The notes under the pieces are model-generated. The model did no database searches. It was given only the letters and a program-made list of their open reading frames with translations, and was not told where the DNA came from. A stretch of DNA of 6,660 nucleotides from Octopus sinensis (Eukaryota), in the NCBI RefSeq assembly GCF_006345805.1, contig NW_021829291.1, positions 1 through 6,660 of the forward strand, given 5' to 3'. Made by a program: the position numbers and the translations under genes. Below are positions 1 to 6,660 of this stretch, in pieces; the stretch's first letter is position 1; each line of letters starts with the position of its first letter.

Positions 1-102
1 ATTACGCAACTGGTATTGAATTTGTCGACCCCGAAAGGATGAAAGGCAAAGTCGACCTCGGCGGAATTTAAACCCAGAACACTTAACGGCAGACGAAATA
101 CG
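1..102 (-). mobile_element. Partial copy of tRNA-derived SINE family A (copy A1), continues off the left edge and lacks the A-box head
   Basis: Aligns by eye to 185-286 (aactggta...tcgaccccgaaaggatgaaaggcaaagtcgacctcggcggaattt...cagaac...taacggc.gacgaaatacg). Similarity stops at gacgaaatacg, immediately next to the tail of copy A2. Confidence 0.85.
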
Positions 103-104
103 TG

Positions 105-333
105 TTTCTTTACTACCCACAAGGGGCTAAACTTAGAGGGGACAAACAAGGACAGACATGGGTATTAAGTCGATTACATCGACCCCAGTGCGTAACTGGT
201 ACTTAATTTATCGACCCCGAAAGGATGAACGGCAAAGTCGACCTCGACGGAATTTGAACTCAGAACGTAACGGCGGACGAAATACGGCAACGCATTTCGC
301 CCGGCGTGCTAACGTTTCTGCCAGCTCGCCGCC
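105..333 (-). mobile_element. Full-length tRNA-derived SINE family A (copy A2)
   Basis: Minus strand begins GGCGGCGAGC-TGGCAGAAACGTTAG (Pol III A-box-like, 309-323) and has GAGTTCAAATTCC (B-box, 249-261). A central block GTCGACTTTGCC.TTCATCCTTTCGGGGTCGATAAA..AAGTACC and an A-rich 3' end (GTAGTAAAGAAA) follow. Two more copies lie at 1-102 and 4084-4243. The central block resembles the Meta/MESC SINE domain as I recall it (unverified). Confidence 0.88.
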
Positions 334-342
334 TTCTAAGTA

Positions 343-695
343 TACTCTTTACTCTCTTTTCTCTTTTACTTGTTTCAGTCAGTTGACTGCGGCCATGCTG
401 GAGCACCGCCTTTAGTCGAGCAAATCGACCCCGGGACTTATTCTTTGTAAGCCCAGTACTTATTCTATCGGGATCTTTTGCCGAACCGCTAAGTGACGGG
501 GACGTAAACACACCAGCATCGGTTGTCAAGTAATGCTAGGGCGCACACTCTCCTACCCTGACGTAATCTCCAGGGATACAGGCATCCAGCAACAGGACCT
601 CCGTAATGATGGACCGTGAAGTCTGGCGTAGCATGGTAAATTCCATTGTCTCGACCACGGTCGAACAATGATGATGATGAATGCTAGGGGGACAA

Positions 696-728
<33 letters not shown>

Positions 729-900
729 CATATATACGACAGGCTTCTTTCAGTTTCCGTCTACCAAATCCACTCACAAGGCATTGGTCGGCCCGGGGCT
801 ATAGCAGAAGACACTTGCCCAAGATGCCACGCAGTGGGACTGAACCCGGAACCATGTGGTTGGTTAGCAAGCTACTTACCACACAGCCACTCCTGCGCCT
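343..900 (-). mobile_element. Full-length tRNA-derived SINE family B (copy B1) with an internal (TG)n/(TA)n microsatellite, interrupted by a LINE fragment at 542-679
   Basis: Minus strand starts AGGCGCAGGAG-TGGCTGTGTGG (A-box) and has GGTTCAGTCCC (B-box), then a CORE-like TTGGGCAAGTGTCTT. Internal microsatellite at about 696-736; tandem AAAGAG/AAGAGTA-type tail at 343-370. Homologous copies at 1263-1500 and 1499-1900. Confidence 0.88.
542..679 (+). mobile_element. 5'-truncated 3' end of an RTE-like non-LTR retrotransposon with a (TGA)n tail and 10-bp target-site duplication
   Basis: Flanked by identical AATGCTAGGG at 532-541 and 680-689, and absent from SINE B copies B2 and B3. Translates as RTLSYPDVISRDTGIQQQDLRN (542-607), then after a frameshift MMDREVWRSMVNSIVSTTVEQ* (606-671). 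The 'DR..WR' motif is typical of RTE-type ORF2 C-termini. Ends in (TGA)4. Confidence 0.85.
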
Positions 901-1016
901 ATATGTAGATAGTGTGTAGATAGTGCTACCATTCTTAACAGTATCGGAAGTGTTGCAGATAGCTGGCTGGTTGGGTAGTTCCACAGTCGTAGCATGACAC
1001 TTTCTGTGTTTTTTAG

Positions 1017-1094
1017 GCTTATACCTCTATACGAGATGCTTTCTCGAGGCGAAAACTGCAGTATTAAGGCTTTCTTAAAGTATATCCACGTCAG
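1017..1094 (+). other. Candidate 78-nt internal exon of an unidentified host gene
   Basis: Preceded by a pyrimidine-rich acceptor TTTCTGTGTTTTTTAG (1001-1016) with a branch-like ATGAC just upstream; followed by the donor CAG|GTAAGA (1095-1100). Length is a multiple of 3, and one frame is open (LIPLYEMLSRGENCSIKAFLKYIHV). Lies in non-repetitive DNA. Peptide not recognised. Confidence 0.35.
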
Positions 1095-1156
1095 GTAAGA
1101 TATACAGATTGCTGTTCTGAACTAATAGTGCCTCCACCCATTATATTGCATTTTTC

Positions 1157-1201
1157 CTCATCGTCGTCATCACCATCATCATTATCATCATCGTCGTCGT
1201 C
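1157..1201. repeat. Short compound (ATC)n/(GTC)n trinucleotide microsatellite
   Basis: catcgtcgtcatcaccatcatcattatcatcatcgtcgtcgtc. Confidence 0.8.
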
Positions 1202-1262
1202 CCGTGTCCAAAAACTCTTCAAGTCTCTAGCACTATACTTCGCCTCTTCTTTCATTCATCTA

Positions 1263-1500
1263 TTTTTGTTTGTTTCAGGCATTTGACTGCGGCCACGCTG
1301 GAGCACCGCCTTTAAGCGAACATATCGATCTCAGGGCTTATACTTTGCAAGCCTAGTACTTATTCTACAGGTTTCGCTTTTGCCGAACCGCTAAGTTAAG
1401 GGGACGTAAATACACTAACAGCGATTGTCAAGCGATGGTGGGGAAAGACACACACACACACACACACACGTACACACACAAACACATATGACGAACTTCT
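1263..1500 (-). mobile_element. SINE family B, diverged 3' half (copy B2)
   Basis: Matches 365-745 minus the LINE insert (tgtttcag.c..ttgactgcggcca.gctggagcaccgcc...gccgaaccgctaagt...ggggacgtaaa...ttgtcaag...(CA)n...gacgaacttct). Lacks the tRNA head. Confidence 0.85.
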
Positions 1501-1700
1501 GCGGCCATGCTGGAGCACCGCCTTTAGTCGAGCAAATCAACCTCAGGACTTATTCTTTATAAGCCTTGTACTTATTATATCGGTCTATCTTGCTGAACCG
1601 CTAAGTCATGGGGACGGAAACGCACCAGCATCGGTTGTCAAGCAATGTTGGGGGGCGGGAGCAAACACAGACACACAAACATATACATATACGTACATAC

Positions 1701-1737
<37 letters not shown>

Positions 1738-1900
1738 GACGGGCTTCTTTCAGTTTCCGTCCACCAAATCCACTCACAAGGCTTTGATCGGCCCGAGGCT
1801 ATAGTAGACGACACTTGCCCAAGGTGCCACGCAGTGGGACTGAACCCAGAAACATGTGGTTGGGGAACCAAGCTTCTTACCACACAGCCACGCCAGCGCC
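1499..1900 (-). mobile_element. SINE family B, copy B3, head intact and tail missing
   Basis: A-box TGGCTGTGTGG and B-box GGTTCAGTCCC on the minus strand; CCTTGGGCAAGTG CORE-like block; internal (TA)n at about 1681-1736. Similarity to B1 ends at ctgcggccatgctggagc, joined directly to B2. Confidence 0.88.
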
Positions 1901-1902
1901 AA

Positions 1903-2020
1903 TCTCTATCTTTCCTTCGTCCCCCCTTCTCTCTCTCTCCCACACTCTCTCTCTCTCTCCCACACTCTCTCTCTCTCTTTCTCTCTCTCTGTCTCTCTTT
2001 CTCTCTCTCTCTCTCTCACT
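1903..2020. repeat. (CT)n microsatellite with interruptions
   Basis: Direct reading; includes duplicated ctctcccacactctct units. Confidence 0.95.
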
Positions 2021-2092
2021 CCCAATCTGTCCTCAATACGAAACAGACATCTCCCAAGTCTGCACGGCCCGAAAGGTCACACTTTAGTACAC

Positions 2093-2096
2093 ATGT

Positions 2097-2132
<36 letters not shown>

Positions 2133-2406
2133 TTGCGTGTAAACAAGTGAGTGTACGTGACTGTGTGTGTACGTATGTGGTAGGATTGCACGCACACGAG
2201 CACATACACACACACACACACAGAGGGCGCCACGTGCCTATTGTTGTTACGTCAGTTTCTTTTGTGTGTGTTTATGTTTTTAGTGTTTTGTGTTATGTGT
2301 GTATGAGGTATTACGTTATATGAATCGATGTATGTACACGTGTTTGTATGTATGTGTGTATGGGTGAGTGCGTGACCGTTATATAAATTGGTGTCTGCAT
2401 ATACAT

Positions 2407-2436
<30 letters not shown>
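2093..2436. repeat. Degenerate compound (GT)n/(CA)n/(AT)n/(ACAT)n microsatellite field
   Basis: Pure (TG)n at about 2102-2130, (CA)n at about 2206-2222 and (AT/ACAT)n at 2399-2436, with degenerate TG-rich sequence between. Confidence 0.85.
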
Positions 2437-2438
<2 letters not shown>

Positions 2439-2638
2439 ATCGCGAGTGTACTGTTGGCGATTTTTTTCCTCTGTCTTCCCTTCTCTGGATCTTCCCTTCT
2501 CCTATGTTTCCGACGAAGAGCTCCGCTCGAAACGTTAAACCCTCCTTCTTTCCTGAGCGTCCAATAATACTATATTTGTTCCACGTCCTCGCGTTGTTGT
2601 GGTTTTTTTTGTGCTTTCTTGTTTGGATTAACTTTTTT
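2437..2638 (+). mobile_element. Short non-coding element inserted in (AT)n, probably a solo pseudo-LTR or non-autonomous derivative of a Penelope-like element
   Basis: Complex pyrimidine/T-rich sequence bounded on both sides by AT microsatellite. Contains a PLE-type minimal hammerhead motif at 2506-2540. Boundaries are approximate. Confidence 0.6.
2506..2540 (+). ncRNA. Minimal type I hammerhead ribozyme-like motif (PLE type, variant core)
   Basis: GTTT (stem I) - CCGACGA (CUGANGA with U4>C) - A - GAGC TCC GCTC (stem II) - GAAAC GTT (core plus loopless stem III, palindrome AACGTT) - AAAC (stem I'). Predicted cleavage after GUU, between 2536 and 2537. Confidence 0.65.
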
Positions 2639-2647
2639 ATATATATA

Positions 2648-2940
2648 CTAGCAGTATCGCCCGGCGTTGCTCGGGTTTGTAAGGGAAATAACTATATAAG
2701 CATTTTTAGAGTGTTATAGCCCAAAAATAGCCAAAAAATGCATTAAAAATGGAAAAAAATGATGGTAATTTTTTTAAAAAATCGTTGACTCATCGCAGAC
2801 GCGCGCTAATACCCAGAAGCGCTCGATATGAATCACGACTATAAGATACCCGGTTTTGGTTAAACTGCACCGCAAAATGTGGGAGTAGTTAGGAATCTAA
2901 ATCGTAGGAGACAGACACACAATTCTCTTTTATATAAAGA
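2648..2940 (-). mobile_element. Complete non-autonomous Helitron (293 bp)
   Basis: Minus strand: host A, then a 5' TC terminus (TCTTTATATAAAAG, from 2940). At the 3' end, a GC-rich hairpin CCCGAGCAACGCCGGG (2660-2675) lies 12 nt from the end, followed by terminal CTAG (2651-2648) and host T. Inserted at A|T with no target-site duplication. Confidence 0.88.
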
Positions 2941-2959
2941 TATACATACATACATACAT

Positions 2960-3023
<64 letters not shown>

Positions 3024-3133
3024 TATGTGTATACGTATGTGAAAGGTATTAGGTTATATGAGTCGGTGTGTGTATGTGTGTGAGTGTGTGTGTGAAGGTG
3101 TGTGTTGTGTGTGAAGGTGTGTGTTGTGTGTGA
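2941..3133. repeat. (ACAT)n-(AT)n-(GT)n compound microsatellite
   Basis: (ACAT)n at 2944-2960, near-pure (AT)n to 3020, then TG-rich repeats including a duplicated tgtgtgtgaaggtgtgtgt unit. Confidence 0.92.
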
Positions 3134-3199
3134 GGGCTTTCTATAGCCTCAACAGACATCTTGGTGTCTGGATTGGTGCGTTACCCCCCAGCCCTCGCG

Positions 3200-3662
3200 T
3201 GCACCACCCCACCACAAGATTCGTCTCCCGTCTATTGTCATCACCAGTACGACTACAACCACAGCTATAACCAACACCACCGCGACAACCACCGCTTGTA
3301 ACCTCATCATCAAAAGGCACTACTAACACCAACACCACAACCACTTCAGCAAACACCACCTCCACTACAACCGCAGCCACTGCCGTCACCGCCACCATCA
3401 CTACCACTACCACATCGATGACCACCACTTCAACTATAACCACAACAACCACCACCACTACTACCGACATCATCACAGCTACAATCACGATCACCACTAC
3501 CACTACTACCACTACTACCACTACTACTGAGATCACCACAACTACCACCACAACCACCATCACTACCACCACCACCACCACCACAACAACCACCACTACC
3601 ACTATTTCTACCAACTCACCACAACTACCACAACCACCGCCATCACTACCACCACCACTACG
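3200..3662. repeat. Long degenerate (ACC)/(ACT)/(ACA) trinucleotide microsatellite
   Basis: Direct reading; it accounts for the poly-Thr (+) and poly-Val (-) ORFs. Confidence 0.9.
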
Positions 3663-4083
3663 ACCCCTCCATGGAGACTTAACACCCACAATTTTGTCAT
3701 TTTATCTCTAAGCAATGACGAATACAGTTGTGCTCTTGGAAGCTGAAGAGGTCACCCGAGCATAAAAGATGAGCAGTTTTTGTAATTCAATGGTTTTGTA
3801 ATTCAACACTTTGCTTTGACATAAACTTGCATTGTGATTTCTGCAATGTGGTGCATAAATTGTCAAGTAAAGGAGAGGCATCTTTGCCTCCACTGATTCA
3901 GTTGTAAGGTGTTGAGTAAAGTTATTTGATTGCAGACCTCCTTTCAGTCTTTTTATTATCACTCAGTCACACATAGTCCCCAGATGGTAACATTGATTTC
4001 AAGGCCTTCCCAGATGAGTGACTGGTTATTCAAAGACATTTATAAATTGTATATTTATTCTGTCCAGTTACGTATCAGTATAT

Positions 4084-4243
4084 ATTTCTTTACTACCCAC
4101 AAGGGGCTAAACATAGAGGGGACAAACAAGGACAGACAAAGTGATTAAGTCGATTACATCGACCCCCAGTACGAAAACTGGTACTTCATTTATCGACCCC
4201 GAAAGGATGAAAGGCAAAGTCGACCTCGGCTGAATTTGAACTC
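4084..4243 (-). mobile_element. 5'-truncated SINE family A (copy A3)
   Basis: Near-identical to 105-261 (tttctttactacccacaaggggctaaac...gtcgacctcggc.gaatttgaactc). Similarity ends at the outer edge of the B-box; no A-box. Confidence 0.9.
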
Positions 4244-4319
4244 TGGTCATTTGCAAACTACAAAGGTGACACTTTCATTTTTCCTTAGCCTTCACCTCAC
4301 ACAGTAATACACATTCACC

Positions 4320-4325
4320 TACACT

Positions 4326-4367
<42 letters not shown>

Positions 4368-5018
4368 AAGACATACAAGCATCAGTCTCCCCAATACACA
4401 CATAGGTACACACACACATACGCGCACAGACACACACACGCTCAGGAGGTAACATATACAAACATCGACCATCTACGCACGTACACGCACACACACAGGC
4501 ACATACTAACACATATACAATCATAAACTGACACACATGAAACACACGCACACACGATTAATATACACACACACACTACACATACTTACACATACACACA
4601 CTAACACGTTCATTCGCATACATACACTCACATACACCCACACAGAGACTTACACGCACATTAACACACAGAGATTAATACGCACACACATTTACACACT
4701 CCCATATTCTCACACACTCTCACACATCCTCTACACACACACACACTCTCTCACTCACACACACACACTCTCTTTCTCTCTCTCCTCTCACACACACACA
4801 CACACTCTCTTTCTTTCTTTCTTTCTTTCTCTCTCTCTCTCTCTCACACACACACTCTCTCTCACTCTCTCTCTATCTATATCTCTCTATCTCCCCTCCT
4901 CTCATTCTCTCTCTCTTTCTCTCTCTCTCTCACACACACACACACCCTCTATCCCTCTCCCCTTCTCTCTCCTCTCTCTCACTCTTTCTCTCTCTCTCCT
5001 CTCTCTCTCTCTCACACA
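4320..5018. repeat. Degenerate (CA)n grading into (CT)n microsatellite
   Basis: Pure (CA)n at about 4329-4364, degenerate CA-rich sequence to about 4770, then (CT)n/(CTTT)n to about 5013. Confidence 0.93.
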
Positions 5019-5159
5019 CCGAGTCACAAAACCGAGGCTCTCCAGCGTTGCTTGGTGTCGTCTGCCTTCAGTGAAATGTCTTTGTGTTGCAACTCCTTCT
5101 GCTTTATGTTGTTGAGCCGGAAAGAGCAGAGGTGGGAGGAGAAGGATTTAGTAGGGAAT

Positions 5160-5475
5160 GGGCGACGGCGGTGGTGGTGGGGGGATGCTAGTTGTGGTGG
5201 TATTGGCGATGGTAATGATGATGGTGGTGCTGATGGTGGTGGTGGTGGTATACCGTAGTATTGCGGTGTTGTTGTTTAGCCCCAGGTCAGTCCTGATCCA
5301 GCAACAGGACTACTAGTAGTAGTAGTTGTTGTTGTTATTGGTGGTGGTGGTAGTAGTAGTAGTAGTCGTAGTAGCAGCAGCAGCGACAGTAGTAGCAGTA
5401 GTAGTAGTAGTAGCAGTAGCAACAGCATTATTATTATTATTATTATTATTATCATCATTATTATTATTATTATAT

Positions 5476-5510
<35 letters not shown>

Positions 5511-5534
5511 TTATCACATTATTATTATTATTAT

Positions 5535-5578
<44 letters not shown>

Positions 5579-5584
5579 TATATT

Positions 5585-5618
<34 letters not shown>

Positions 5619-5648
5619 ATAATAATAATATTATTATTATTATTATCA

Positions 5649-5698
<50 letters not shown>

Positions 5699-5797
5699 TA
5701 TTATTAGTTAGTAGTAGTAGTAGTAGTAGTATAGTAGTATAGTAGTTGTTGTTGTTGTTGTTGTTTGGTGGTGGTGGTGGTGGTGGTGATGGTGGTG
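5160..5797. repeat. Compound trinucleotide microsatellite (GGT/GAT/GTT/AGT/AGC/ATT)
   Basis: Long (ATT)n core at about 5428-5706, flanked by AGT, GTT and GGT runs. Confidence 0.95.
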
Positions 5798-5798
5798 T

Positions 5799-6660
5799 TT
5801 AGCTACGAAATTTAACATCAAAGATAGAGCAAACCGCCTCGTCTCACGAAAACCTTTTGTAACCCCTTGAAGGACCATAACGATGATTTCACTTAAAATC
5901 TAGGCTGTAGACTAAAAAAGAAATCCCACAATAAGCAAAATCGTCATAATCTGAAACGTTAAACTAGTCAACATCAAGCGACACATCAGAACCACATGAA
6001 GTCTCGCCCAGTGGTTAAAGAAAATTCAAGATAATCCCAAACGCAAGATGCTTCAATTCGACAATCGTGGAGTTTTAACCCCTCCAGAGGTACTCAAGTT
6101 CAGCAAAACCTATACAACTGTTGCTAACACCGATATAGTTATTAAGTATAATGACGATAATGGAATCATTACGCTTTTCAGGATAATATTGGGTGGAAAA
6201 GAATGGAGACGAACATGATGTCACTGTGGTGAGCCATAAATAAACAGAGGTAGCGGATCTGGTTGGCCTCTACAACCCTCATATCCTTAACAATGAAATA
6301 AAGGACGCCAGCGTAGGTTTATATAGGAACGACCGACTAGGAGTGGTGCATAATGAGAATGGATATGATAAGAAAAAAAAATTACACAAAATATTTGATC
6401 ATCCCAACTTACAAACTACAATTAACCTTAATTTTAAAGAGGCTAATTTCCTAGGCATTAATATGAATCTTAGTACAGACAAATTTAAAACATTACATAA
6501 GATAGATAGGAATACTTCCCACATTGACAGATGCCCTAACCATCCATCATAAATGTTTAAACAATTAGTTAAGAGCGTTAGTAGGCGTTTTTCCAAATTA
6601 TCCTCTGATGTAACCACTTTCAAAAATGCAGCCCAGTAATATAAATCTGTTTTAGAAAGA
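5799..6660 (+). pseudogene. Degraded reverse transcriptase of a Penelope-like retroelement, continuing off the right edge
   Basis: Hand translation across stops and frameshifts: LATKFNIKDRANRLVSRKPFVT/LKDHNDDF..CRL; MLQFD/IVEF/PS (RT motif A-like, about 6048-6085); WVEKNGDEHDVTV..EVADLVGLY (6190-6273); GLYRNDRLG (motif C, YRDD-like, 6316-6342); ANFLGINMNL; PNHPS*MFKQL..SVSRRFSKLSS. This motif order matches PLE RTs (F.TLKDHK..CRLINP, FDI.EFYPS, DVTMG..E..LVGL, GLYRDDGL, NFLD, SNHP). Confidence 0.85.

Noticed and set aside
24-62. GAAA-rich segment gaccccgaaaggatgaaaggcaaagtc as a ribozyme
   Set aside because: No CUGANGA core in hammerhead order; it is the antisense of the SINE central block.
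249-333. Possible tRNA genes (also 830-900 and 1830-1900)
   Set aside because: A and B boxes are present, but I could not form a full cloverleaf, and each continues into a repeated body and tail. These are SINE heads.
1-1900. Recurrent palindromic tcgacccc motifs as a CRISPR-like array
   Set aside because: Spacing is irregular and the intervening sequences are themselves homologous SINE bodies; the context is eukaryotic with no cas genes.
158-2323. ORFs of 61-165 aa overlapping 158-984 and 1638-2323
   Set aside because: They are translations of SINE bodies and dinucleotide repeats (HTHT, YIYI, SLSL, CVCV), and near-identical peptides recur in paralogous SINE copies.
3418-3711. Poly-Thr mucin-like ORF and the antisense poly-Val ORF (3141-3689)
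   Set aside because: Both are explained by an ACN trinucleotide microsatellite like others in the window; there is no signal peptide, domain or convincing splice context.
3741-3770. CTGAAGAG as a second hammerhead core
   Set aside because: No stem II followed by GAAA downstream.
3708-4148. 84-aa and 72-aa ORFs, a short direct repeat (ttttgtaattcaa twice, about 3778-3806) and the hairpin gaggca-tctt-tgcctc
   Set aside because: No recognisable protein motifs, and the short repeats are compatible with chance or local duplication in AT-rich DNA.
4275-5458. ORFs rich in HT/LS/CV/poly-L/poly-I, including the 192-aa ORF at 4537-5115
   Set aside because: Microsatellite artefacts.
6343-6552. 69-aa ORF as a standalone gene
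   Set aside because: It is an internal stop-free stretch of the degraded PLE reverse transcriptase.

Overview
Repeat-dense, non-coding eukaryotic DNA, most likely cephalopod (Octopus-like). That origin is inferred from my recognition of the SINE families and the microsatellite load, not from a database search. No intact protein-coding gene is visible, and nearly all listed ORFs are SINE or microsatellite artefacts. Mobile elements: six copies or fragments of two tRNA-derived SINE families (all minus strand); a 138-bp RTE-like LINE 3' end inserted into one SINE with a perfect 10-bp target-site duplication; a ~200-bp element carrying a minimal type I hammerhead-like motif of the Penelope-like-element (PLE) type; a complete 293-bp non-autonomous Helitron abutting it inside the same (AT)n microsatellite; and a degraded PLE reverse-transcriptase pseudogene running off the right edge. 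The rest is long di- and trinucleotide microsatellites, plus a candidate 78-nt exon at 1017-1094.
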